Part shown: in pieces, positions 28,069 through 35,885 of the stretch
Layout of the letters: each line of letters begins with the position of its first letter
How positions within the stretch are numbered: position 1 is the stretch's first letter
Source of the DNA: an uncultured virus (IMG/VR IMGVR_UViG_3300024251_000006)
Taxonomy: Duplodnaviria; Heunggongvirae; Uroviricota; Caudoviricetes
Direction: 5' to 3' (one strand)
DNA: 64,000 bases
IMG/VR virus record: IMGVR_UViG_3300024251_000006
Position numbers and translations under genes: made by a program
Notes under the pieces: model-generated
Database searches by the model: none
Told to the model about the DNA's origin: nothing
What the model saw: only the letters and a program-made list of their open reading frames with translations

Positions 28069-29063
28069 GCTTTACCGTTGATGCTGCGTCGATCAATGAT
28101 TTTCAGACTTGTCGGCGTCGCTTTATTTTGAATACCTCATGGCGACTAGCTAGGTTTCGTCCAAAAACACTTTTTGACCTTTTGCTACGCCGTGGCATCC
28201 TCAAGTTAACTAAACAAGTTAACGTAGGTGAAGTAGCGGCTGACGCTAAGGCGGTGTTCCTCGAGCGGGCGGCTGATCCTGGCCTAGATGTCATTGGTCG
28301 GAATCCCTACCAGATGTCGAAAGGGTGGACATCTCTCCTTGAATCAGTGCTACATGGGATAGCTAGGACGGTGCTTCCGGTGCTGCACGATCCGCCGGTT
28401 GTTAAGCTGACCAGCTCGATTGACTGGAGATTATTGAGCTGGGCGGATGATACAGGGACGTTACATCGGTGGGTAACGGCTGAGAGTTGGGATGAGGATA
28501 CGTTGTCGAGGGAGCTTCATTCGTGGAGGACGTTTGGTGACTTGGTGATGTCCGGGTGTCCCATGGTGCTGCATGCCATTGTGCTGGGGCAGAACAGGGA
28601 TGGAAGATTCCTCTCGCCGTGGACGAGGACGTATGTTCATCCGGCCATGCCGAGTCTGAGATGGAGATGGACGAAGCCCGAGGATACGAGTTGGAAGCCA
28701 CTGCAACTGGTAGAGCAGTCGAGGATGGATGTGAGCGAGTGGATGGATGCGGCGTGGAGTCAGGGAGCAATTCAACCGTTGATGGTCGACCAGCAAGTGG
28801 AGTTGCCAGCGGAGAGCGTGGTTAGAGACACCAAGTATCAGATAGCGCGTGAGGCGGCGGAGATGGCAAGGCTCATTGAGGAGCGCACATCGTATCTGGC
28901 GGAGCCGATGTCTCGAGGAGCGTGTGATCTGTATTCTCCATGCCACTTTCAAAGCGTTTGCCACTCGCCTGAGCCGGTGGACCTAGTACAGATTGGGCTG
29001 TACGTTAACAGAAAGTCCAAGTACAGTAATGCGCAGTCCCAGACGGAGGTCCTAGCCCGATGA
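28065..29063 (+). CDS. Cas4/AddB-like PD-(D/E)XK-fold protein, apparently catalytically degenerate
   Basis: SINDFQTCRRR and PMSRGACDLYSPCHFQSVC 4-Cys cage present; no recognisable D...D/ExK motif. Confidence 0.6.
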   Translation: MSFTVDAASINDFQTCRRRFILNTSWRLARFRPKTLFDLLLRRGILKLTKQVNVGEVAADAKAVFLERAADPGLDVIGRNPYQMSKGWTSLLESVLHGIARTVLPVLHDPPVVKLTSSIDWRLLSWADDTGTLHRWVTAESWDEDTLSRELHSWRTFGDLVMSGCPMVLHAIVLGQNRDGRFLSPWTRTYVHPAMPSLRWRWTKPEDTSWKPLQLVEQSRMDVSEWMDAAWSQGAIQPLMVDQQVELPAESVVRDTKYQIAREAAEMARLIEERTSYLAEPMSRGACDLYSPCHFQSVCHSPEPVDLVQIGLYVNRKSKYSNAQSQTEVLAR

Positions 29064-29350
29064 GCCAAGTTTGGAGTTTCATCACTCTGCATTCTACGAT
29101 CAGCTCTCTGGTGGCTTATTACATCGCCATCTCGTTCGTCGGATCGTTGCCCGCGCCGCAAGCTACGTCTAGTATGTTCTACCAGTTCGTGTTCAAGTTC
29201 GTGAATACGCTAGCTGGCAATCTGGCCCGGGCTTACGCCTCTAAGGTGGAGTCCAGTCCCAACTTCGCCGCGGCGGTCAACATCCAGAATGCCAAGACTG
29301 GCGAGCCTAAAGTGGTGGTGCCGCTATCTCCAGAGGAAGCTAAACCTTAA
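29060..29350 (+). CDS. Holin-like membrane protein
   Basis: TM helix, SLPAP, YQFVFKFVNTLAGN. Confidence 0.45.
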   Translation: MSQVWSFITLHSTISSLVAYYIAISFVGSLPAPQATSSMFYQFVFKFVNTLAGNLARAYASKVESSPNFAAAVNIQNAKTGEPKVVVPLSPEEAKP

Positions 29351-29352
29351 CC

Positions 29353-29637
29353 ATGAACCTCTGGACCCTGGCCCAAGTTCATTTCGACAACACGATAACC
29401 CTAGGGAATCTGGTTTCAGCGGTGACGTTTCTGGTGTTGGGTGCGGCAGCGTGGGCCGACCTGCGCTGGAGAGTATCGAACCTCGAGATCTGGCGCCAAG
29501 AGCATCAGATTGATGCCGATGCGCGGGATAACCTGCTGCTGGGGCAGAAGGAGATCCTGGACCGGCTGAGCTGGGTGGAGGAAGCACGGCAGAAGGCCAT
29601 TACCGCTCCGTTTGGTAAGAGAAGGATACATGATTGA
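29353..29637 (+). CDS. Single-TM protein with coiled coil (holin/antiholin-like)
   Basis: FDNTITLGNL followed by a TM segment and coiled coil. Confidence 0.45.
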   Translation: MNLWTLAQVHFDNTITLGNLVSAVTFLVLGAAAWADLRWRVSNLEIWRQEHQIDADARDNLLLGQKEILDRLSWVEEARQKAITAPFGKRRIHD

Positions 29638-29699
29638 TGACTACATTACGGAAGCCGAGCGGCAGTTGATGATAGAGAATATCCTGATCATCCTGGCGC

Positions 29700-30122
29700 T
29701 TATAGAGGCCGATAGAAAGATAGCTTGCCAACCACCAGCGTCTTCACGTAGTTGGTCTCGCTACCCCAAGCCTTGGGGAACATGATGCTGGAATCGTGGT
29801 AATAGAGGGCGCCGTCGGTGAGGTCGGGATCCTGGCCGAAGAGGATGGCGGAGGCGGCGGAGAGGCAGTCGGTCCAGACAGGACTGTTGTCGGCGGGCCA
29901 GACGATAGAGTTGGGATCGCTGTCCAGAAAGCTCGAGAATTGGTACTTCTTCAGGATGACTGAGTGGATGTCGGTGCCCCACCACCCGGGCTTATTGGCT
30001 CTGTTCTGAATGACGTGGCAGACGCCGCGCTTGCCTTCGAATGGTTCGCCTCTGGCTTCCCTATAGCAGCATAGGGCCATAAGCGACAGGTCGGACATCT
30101 CTTGGTAGGAAGTGGCTTCCAT
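29700..30122 (-). CDS. Endolysin, cell wall hydrolase (SleB/Hydrolase_2 family)
   Basis: YREARGE..G..GVCHVIQNR, YQFS, DLTDGALYYH. Confidence 0.88.
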   Translation of the reverse strand: MEATSYQEMSDLSLMALCCYREARGEPFEGKRGVCHVIQNRANKPGWWGTDIHSVILKKYQFSSFLDSDPNSIVWPADNSPVWTDCLSAASAILFGQDPDLTDGALYYHDSSIMFPKAWGSETNYVKTLVVGKLSFYRPL

Positions 30123-30376
30123 CAGGCTACGCCAGCCAGCAAGATATGGACTTCCTTACATTCGCTCTGTGGTTTCATTATCCCGTTAGCCAGACAGGAA
30201 CGGCAGTATCCGCACCGCTCGCCTTCATCCAAATAGGCCGTCCGGTCTTTCATCCACGCCTCATGGACTTTATGGTAGGCAAGCTGTGCCTCATCCTTGA
30301 CGCGCTGGGCATTGTCCACTAGCTTATAAGACTGCTCTTGGGCCTTGCGTAGCTTGAGAAACTTAGCGGTAATCAT
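30122..30376 (-). CDS. Hypothetical protein with Cys cluster
   Basis: ORF coupled to the endolysin gene; CGYCRSC. Confidence 0.5.
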   Translation of the reverse strand: MITAKFLKLRKAQEQSYKLVDNAQRVKDEAQLAYHKVHEAWMKDRTAYLDEGERCGYCRSCLANGIMKPQSECKEVHILLAGVA

Positions 30377-30483
30377 AATAAAGGGGACAACCGATTCGGT
30401 GGTTATCCCCTAGCTCCTATCTCTGTCTTCCTATATCTACAGGCCGCCTTCTCTCATCCGGCGGGGCCATCACCGGGCTGAGG

Positions 30484-30948
30484 CTAAGCCGTCTGATCGA
30501 GCGTCACGTCCACGATCGAAGTCGGCGGCGGAGGCGGTGTCGGAAGAATCGGTACGCTGAATATTCCGGTAACCGTCGTTCCTTGGTCGTTTACGAGGCT
30601 TACGGTGAGGTTGAACGATGTCCCAGTATCCGTCGAGGCTACCGTCGCGGTGAACGTATTGTCGGCCGCAACCGCGCTCAACGTGACGCTGGTATCATCC
30701 ACCGTAACCGTGGGTCCTGAACTGGGCGGGATGAAATTCGTCGGCGGAACGAAACCGATCTTGAATGATCCTGTCGCCCCTACCACTACTCCAGAAATTG
30801 GCATGTAAGTATCTCCTCTGAGCTGATTGAGAGTAAACCCCACAATGTGCTCGCGGAGTTCCTCGCGTTCAAGGAAGACCAGTTCTTCCAGCGCGTTTGC
30901 GATGCGCTTAAGCTGTTTGACTTCTTCCTTGTCAGAGAAGATACCCAT
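30484..30948 (-). CDS. Ig-like protein with probable internal in-frame start at 30804
   Basis: GGAGG precedes ATG 30948 and GAGGAG precedes ATG 30804. Confidence 0.55.
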   Translation of the reverse strand: MGIFSDKEEVKQLKRIANALEELVFLEREELREHIVGFTLNQLRGDTYMPISGVVVGATGSFKIGFVPPTNFIPPSSGPTVTVDDTSVTLSAVAADNTFTATVASTDTGTSFNLTVSLVNDQGTTVTGIFSVPILPTPPPPPTSIVDVTLDQTA

Positions 30949-30988
30949 TACCAGCCTCCATATGCAATACCAAAATTGCACACTATCA

Positions 30989-31165
30989 CTATCCGCGCAT
31001 GGCGTCGAGATTAGACTTGTTGATCACGTCTTGTTTATGCGTTGCCAGCGCGTCGATGGCGGCCTGAATGGAGGCGAGAATCTCTGCAGGCACCTTGGCG
31101 CCCTTGAGGCCGGATAGATATTGCAGGAGGAATTGAATACCCATATCGATGAGTGTGAGGTACAT
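30989..31165 (-). CDS. Small amphipathic protein (58 aa; not in the ORF track)
   Basis: MYLTLIDMGIQFLLQYLSGLKGAKVPAEILASIQAAIDALATHKQDVINKSNLDAMRG; TGATG coupling. Confidence 0.6.
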   Translation of the reverse strand: MYLTLIDMGIQFLLQYLSGLKGAKVPAEILASIQAAIDALATHKQDVINKSNLDAMRG

Positions 31166-31542
31166 CACTTGCCTCCTGTGGCGGTCTTCAAATCGGCTGC
31201 AATCTGGTTATAGTTGGTGATGGCGGCACGGAGCTTGGCTTCGGCTTGCACGCTGGCTGCGGTATGCACGTCGGGAGCGTTGCAGGCACCGCCGTTATTG
31301 AAATCGGGGCCGGAACAGTAGACGGTGATGGCGTCGATGAGAGCATCTTTGGCGCCGACGGCCTTGCCGATGTCAACACAGACCGTGGAGGTTGGAGTCG
31401 TCGCACACTCGGGATGTTGCATCTTCTCTTTATCGAGGAAAGCCTTAGCTGCGACTACCGTGTTGTAGGCTGTTCGTTCGAGTGGTGTACATCCTGCTAG
31501 AACTACTGCTATTGCTACAAGGGCCGGGATCAATCTTTTCAT
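31165..31542 (-). CDS. Lipoprotein (o-spanin-like candidate)
   Basis: MKRLIPALVAIAVVLAG-C lipobox; near the endolysin gene. Confidence 0.65.
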   Translation of the reverse strand: MKRLIPALVAIAVVLAGCTPLERTAYNTVVAAKAFLDKEKMQHPECATTPTSTVCVDIGKAVGAKDALIDAITVYCSGPDFNNGGACNAPDVHTAASVQAEAKLRAAITNYNQIAADLKTATGGK

Positions 31543-31742
31543 TGGTTCTCCTCTTCAAACAATTCAGGATAACGTCGTTGGAATTCGAGTTCACCTTTGG
31601 CTACTGAGCCTTCCTGTTTGCACAAGAGTTCAAGAACAGCCTGACGCTTGGCTGGATCGGCTTTCATGTTGATTACGGCTTGCTTGCGTGCCCATTCGGT
31701 GGTGTAGCCGTACGGCGTAACAATACGAGGTGGTGTGCTCAC
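31539..31742 (-). CDS. Hypothetical protein
   Basis: Coupled ORF in the operon. Confidence 0.5.
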   Translation of the reverse strand: MSTPPRIVTPYGYTTEWARKQAVINMKADPAKRQAVLELLCKQEGSVAKGELEFQRRYPELFEEENQ

Positions 31743-32134
31743 TTCTTCTCCTCCTTGGGTAATGGTGCGCTGAAGGTGAGTGTATCAGGATTGAACTGCG
31801 TATCCGGCGGCCAGCCATTCTCGAGCTTGAACTTTTGGGCTGTGCTCATCAGGTCTGACACCTTCTCCTGAAATTGCCGCTGGATGTCCTGCATCTGTAC
31901 TTTCAAGAGCATGGCGTCCTTCTGTACCACTTGGAGCTTCAGGAGTTGTACTTCGGTGAGCTTGTACTCCTTCACCTTCTCCTGGCTCATAGTCCTGGAA
32001 GCCCATAGCAGGCAGAGCATCACCATGAGGATACCGGTGATCAGGATGATGGCAACGGTGCGGATGTCTCTTGTATTCAGCTCTGGTTGCATACGGTCAT
32101 TCCTTCCAGTCGACCTCGGACTTGAGCTTCCCAT
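31739..32134 (-). CDS. TM + coiled-coil protein (i-spanin-like candidate)
   Basis: N-terminal hydrophobic helix followed by heptad repeats; true start uncertain. Confidence 0.45.
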   Translation of the reverse strand: MGSSSPRSTGRNDRMQPELNTRDIRTVAIILITGILMVMLCLLWASRTMSQEKVKEYKLTEVQLLKLQVVQKDAMLLKVQMQDIQRQFQEKVSDLMSTAQKFKLENGWPPDTQFNPDTLTFSAPLPKEEKK

Positions 32135-32367
32135 AATCCAAAAAGCGTACCAGTTCTACCGTCGTGCTCATGAGATTCCATAGATGCTTCGGCCAACTCT
32201 TTGTTCCTTTTCCTTACGGCGGCTCGCCATTCCATTTCCCACCGTCTATCTTCCCACTCGAGAATCTTGGCCCAGTCCTTCTGGGAATCAAAGCAGGCAT
32301 CCCAGTACCAGTAAGGATCGCTGCTTATGTGTAGCGCCTGGCAGAGGGGGATGAAGGTCTGCTGCAT
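32077..32367 (-). CDS. Hypothetical Trp-rich protein
   Basis: First ORF after a sigma70-like promoter. Confidence 0.4.
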   Translation of the reverse strand: MQQTFIPLCQALHISSDPYWYWDACFDSQKDWAKILEWEDRRWEMEWRAAVRKRNKELAEASMESHEHDGRTGTLFGLWEAQVRGRLEGMTVCNQS

Positions 32368-32373
32368 ATATTC

Positions 32374-32402
32374 TCTATATCCTATAGTGTACTCTATGTC
32401 AA
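32374..32402 (-). promoter_or_regulatory. Sigma70-type promoter for the minus-strand lysis operon
   Basis: TTGACA-17nt-TATAGA on the minus strand. Confidence 0.65.
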
Positions 32403-32430
32403 CAACAATCGTACTTCCATTGTGAATAAC

Positions 32431-32742
32431 TTACGGCCTTACTGGATACATGGCCTTAAACTTTGGTGATATCTTTCCACTTAGAGAGCAGTCGTAAGCC
32501 CCTCTAACCTCGAATCCCATTTCCTTCATTATCAAATAAACCTTGCGCTCCACGGACAGAGCTTCATCTTTGGCCAAACCTCTTGCAATAACTTGCCAAC
32601 ACTTGACGCCATGCTTCTTAGTCCATACAGATCCTTCTTTACCCTTATGCTGCTCCATTCGGTGGCCCAAACACCCTGTTATTCCTACGTAGAAGTGGTT
32701 CGGAGTCTTACACTCAATGAGATATACGGTATAGGTCTTCAC
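32431..32742 (-). CDS. Stand-alone GIY-YIG nuclease
   Basis: YTVYLI..FYVGIT...RMEQH..WTKKH..E..VRG; AGGAG RBS with GTG start. Confidence 0.85.
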   Translation of the reverse strand: MKTYTVYLIECKTPNHFYVGITGCLGHRMEQHKGKEGSVWTKKHGVKCWQVIARGLAKDEALSVERKVYLIMKEMGFEVRGAYDCSLSGKISPKFKAMYPVRP

Positions 32743-32789
32743 CTACTCCTTATATCATTCCTTTAGAACCTTTAGTTCTTAAAACCAAG

Positions 32790-33271
32790 AACCGCTTCGC
32801 TCGCTCCGCGCTATCGCGCTCCGCTGGAGCGTTTTGATCCGCCAGGACGCAAGTGGCCTGCCAAAGTTAATAGGGCGTCCGTCCTGTTCGTCACGAGATG
32901 CTCGCCAGCAGAGCTCGTATTGGTGGCCAAACGCCCTATTGTTGTATATGCAGTGCCGTCCATGGTTACGTCTAACTTCCCGTCTATCCAACTCACCAGC
33001 TTGCTGGCAGGCGGCACCGCAACTTGTTCCCGGGACGGTGATCTCGGCTGTCCAATAAGCACTCGCCAAGGCCGGAGTAATTACTCGCTAGGCTCCCAGC
33101 TGACTGCAACAGGACCTAGACCAAGCCAGCCTATCCGCCTCACCGTAATTCCGCCCGGGATATTCGTATAAGAGATACCGTCCATGGATTGCTCTTATCC
33201 AACTCACCGGAACAGATTCAGGGCAAGGTAGTCACCTTCTCCCCGGACTCTTACCGGCAGGCGGTATCTCT
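32790..33271 (-). ncRNA. Putative large multi-domain structured ncRNA
   Basis: Consecutive closed helical domains at 33171-33271, 33028-33160, 32953-33017 and 32869-32940; two domains share a core motif; G-U pairs orient it on the minus strand. Confidence 0.6.
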
Positions 33272-33282
33272 GTAAACTTAAT

Positions 33283-33423
33283 CGTGGCGGCGGGCCTTGA
33301 TACCCGCTGTGTTCATGTGCCTATGGCGACCTCGGCTCACCCCCATTCTAGAGTCGCTGATTTCTCAACCACTCGTAGTCGCCCTCGTCGGGGGAATAGC
33401 GTGTCCTTCCACGCCGCGCCACG
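33283..33423 (-). ncRNA. tRNA-like RNA with ~90-nt structured insert replacing the anticodon arm
   Basis: Acceptor CGTGGCG/CGCCACG (7 bp); D-arm GCGT-GGAAGGAC-ACGC; T-arm GCGGG-TATCAAGG-CCCGC. Confidence 0.7.
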
Positions 33424-33444
33424 AAACTCTATCTCTTGACCTTG

Positions 33445-34050
33445 TCACCTTTTGACTTTGGTATCCACCGCGGCAACCTGCGTGATCTTGTGGAACCAAC
33501 CTTTGCGCTCTTCGTCGGTGGCCGACTTCTTCTCGGCGTCGGTTACGGCATGATCATCCATGCTGTCCGGGCTATCTTTGGCCCGCGTGGAGAGATAGAA
33601 GTCGGCGGCTACACCGATCATCTTGTCGACATCGAATCCACCGTGACCGTTATCCTCGATGGGGATGCCGGCACGTTCGAGCTCATGGAACTTGGATAGC
33701 GACAGGGAATCGCGGTTGTCCACTCCGGCGAGCCGCTCCTTGGCCGCCTTGCGGACACGCAGATCCTCTATGCGCTCTGGATCCAACGCTTCCGGCCGGT
33801 AGTTGATCATGATGTTCCTGTCCCGGGTGTCGTTGCCGTTCACCAAGGTCACACACAACTTCAGATTGCGGCTGTCACCTTTCTTACTAGGCGCATCCTC
33901 GGTCTTGTTGATCTTGGCGTAGTTACCGGTGGTCTCATACTCGGCAACAATCACTCCGCTGTACCAGCCATCGTCCCACGGCTTGCGCTCCTCTCTCTCG
34001 AATCCTGCGAATCTACTGACCTTCTGTGTACTGGTTCCTGCTTCAGACAT
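33445..34050 (-). CDS. Putative single-stranded DNA-binding protein (OB-fold, DUF669-like)
   Basis: WDDGWYSGVIV..E..SKKGD.RNLKL pattern; lies near the annealase gene. Confidence 0.5.
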   Translation of the reverse strand: MSEAGTSTQKVSRFAGFEREERKPWDDGWYSGVIVAEYETTGNYAKINKTEDAPSKKGDSRNLKLCVTLVNGNDTRDRNIMINYRPEALDPERIEDLRVRKAAKERLAGVDNRDSLSLSKFHELERAGIPIEDNGHGGFDVDKMIGVAADFYLSTRAKDSPDSMDDHAVTDAEKKSATDEERKGWFHKITQVAAVDTKVKR

Positions 34051-34077
34051 TGTGTATCTCCTTTTTCGTTATCCCAT

Positions 34078-34287
34078 TCAGAATGGAATTTCATTGCCGT
34101 CCTCATCTACTAACCGAGGCTTCGGCGGAACTTTGTTACGGGCGTTACGCTGAAGCTCAGCCAACTTATCAGCCCGCTCGAGCTTCTTCTTCTCCTCGGG
34201 AGGAAACAACTCCTGTTGCTTCTCCTTATCATTCACCTCGTGCTGGAGCTTCCATAAGAGGATCTTAGCTTTCCAGTCGTCCATCAT
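34078..34287 (-). CDS. Hypothetical protein
   Basis: ORF ending DEDGNEIPF (acidic, SSB-like tail). Confidence 0.5.
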   Translation of the reverse strand: MMDDWKAKILLWKLQHEVNDKEKQQELFPPEEKKKLERADKLAELQRNARNKVPPKPRLVDEDGNEIPF

Positions 34288-34484
34288 TTCGCATCCTTTG
34301 ACTGTACAGTTCCTAACTGTTGTACAAATCCCCGACGCTTGATGAACTCTAGAACCTTCTCACCGAATTCAGTGGTTATATAGCCGGTTCCATTGCAATA
34401 GGAACATTTGTCCTGATTTCTGGATGTACACCTGTAGCAGTACTGCTCCAATTCCAGATCGTCTTTATCGAGTACGTATGCCAT
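34284..34484 (-). CDS. Small Zn-finger protein (DnaJ-type CxxCxGxG)
   Basis: CYRC...CSYCNGTGYITTEFG. Confidence 0.6.
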   Translation of the reverse strand: MAYVLDKDDLELEQYCYRCTSRNQDKCSYCNGTGYITTEFGEKVLEFIKRRGFVQQLGTVQSKDAK

Positions 34485-34486
34485 AC

Positions 34487-35278
34487 CTACCTCACAAAAG
34501 GAGTTTCCTTGGGGGCTTTAACTTCTTGCTTGACCGGCTCAGACGGTAGTGAATCCACCAACTCCTCACTTACTCCTGTTCCAGTAGCAAACTTGATGCA
34601 GTGCATCTCTGCCCGTACTCTCAGCATATGAGGCATCTTCTCTACCCAGTTGGGATTGGTGCCCACCATCCACTCGCTGGCCCAAGCGGTATACTCCATG
34701 GGCTCATCATTTATCATCAGCGTACACTTCACTCCCTGGTCTTGCTCCATGGTGGCGTCACGCTTGATCTTATCCTGACCTCTGACTTGTAGGATCTTGC
34801 CAACAGGCCATGGCCGAGTGACTTCCTCAAACTTGGGATGACCGAACTTGGTACCTTTGTGTTCAGCCTTGATCTTTAAACCCTCGAGCGAGGTCCCAAT
34901 CTTTCCGGCTGGAGTCATGTAGACGTGCCCTTCGGCCGGATCAACCTTGTAGTCATACTTGGCGCAGTGATACGCCATCAGCACCGATTGCGGTACTGTC
35001 CAGCCCCAGTTCATCGAGTAGTACAGCTCAGCCATCTTGACGATGCCAATCTCTTGGTAGCTGTAACCGGAAAGAGAGGCCCATTGCTCCATCTTGGACT
35101 TCTGCTGCGTCTGTGAGGCGATAGCTTGCAGCTCAGCCAGCTTGTTACTAGCAGGAAGCGGAGTAGCCAGTCCCTTTCTCGCTAACTCGTTTGCCGCGCT
35201 TGGAGTAAGAGGCTCAGGCTTCTCCACTTCATTCTTCAGTTGCTGTGCCAGATCCAGTTGCTCTGCGTTCATGTTCAT
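34487..35278 (-). CDS. RecT/Red-beta-like single-strand annealing protein
   Basis: DPAEGHVY..SLEGLKIKAE..NPNWVEKMPHMLRVRAEMHCIKFA. Confidence 0.7.
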   Translation of the reverse strand: MNMNAEQLDLAQQLKNEVEKPEPLTPSAANELARKGLATPLPASNKLAELQAIASQTQQKSKMEQWASLSGYSYQEIGIVKMAELYYSMNWGWTVPQSVLMAYHCAKYDYKVDPAEGHVYMTPAGKIGTSLEGLKIKAEHKGTKFGHPKFEEVTRPWPVGKILQVRGQDKIKRDATMEQDQGVKCTLMINDEPMEYTAWASEWMVGTNPNWVEKMPHMLRVRAEMHCIKFATGTGVSEELVDSLPSEPVKQEVKAPKETPFVR

Positions 35279-35435
35279 CTCCTTGTTCCTCGATACGGTC
35301 GAGGGCCGTAAACTTGTTTAGCTCATCGCAGATTTCCTGTAAGTCCAACGAGATATCATCTCGCAGTGGAATGTATATCCACTTGCCGCTCAAACCTCTA
35401 CCTCTCGCGCATCCTTGATCTTATACAGCTTCTCT

Positions 35436-35885
35436 TCACGCCGTAACTTCCCACCGGATCTTTTTTTGTAACGGGTGCAAATCGACACGTGGTCTGTTTT
35501 CTCTGCTCCACTTTCCACCTCCAGTTTCGCCAAGATTTCTAAACCCAGCACCTCGAAGGCTCGACCCACCTTCTTCTGGTAGCGTGTAAGTGATGAGTTT
35601 TTTGTAGCCCAGCGCCCAAGCTGCACGACGGCATGCTCCATAGAGAAAAGAATTAGCGTTCCTCGACCCATCTGTACAGGTTCGGTTAACTTCAAGCGTC
35701 CATCCGTCATCGAGCATCCTTGCAACTGGCCTTCCGACAATCGCAACACCGCAAATTTCTCTCCCATTGGCTACTCCTATACAGAATTTGGCCCCTGGTA
35801 CTGGCTTATGGTGGCGATGATGCTTGGCCACAAAAGTGTTAGCCTCTTCCAGCGTCACCGGTACCAGTTGGAGACTATTGCTCAT
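35436..35885 (-). CDS. XF1762-family (Mom-like GNAT) putative DNA-modification protein
   Basis: EANTFVAKHHRHH..GVAIVGRPVARMLDDG.TLEVNR.CTDG..NA.SFLYGA..ITYTL. Confidence 0.8.
   Translation of the reverse strand: MSNSLQLVPVTLEEANTFVAKHHRHHKPVPGAKFCIGVANGREICGVAIVGRPVARMLDDGWTLEVNRTCTDGSRNANSFLYGACRRAAWALGYKKLITYTLPEEGGSSLRGAGFRNLGETGGGKWSRENRPRVDLHPLQKKIRWEVTA

Noticed and set aside
32779..33171. ORFs 32779-33069, 32811-33062, 32834-33058 and 32920-33171 as genes
   Set aside because: No RBS or recognisable protein features; the region is better explained by nested RNA helices
32431..33423. Group I intron with a GIY-YIG homing endonuclease
   Set aside because: No interrupted host gene or tRNA halves flank the nuclease, and I could not identify P7 core sequences; an Rfam scan is needed to exclude it fully
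35390..35767. 125-aa ORF ending KLYKIKDAREVEV as a real gene
   Set aside because: It overlaps the well-supported XF1762-family frame; only its last 13 codons are meaningful, as a duplicated gene end
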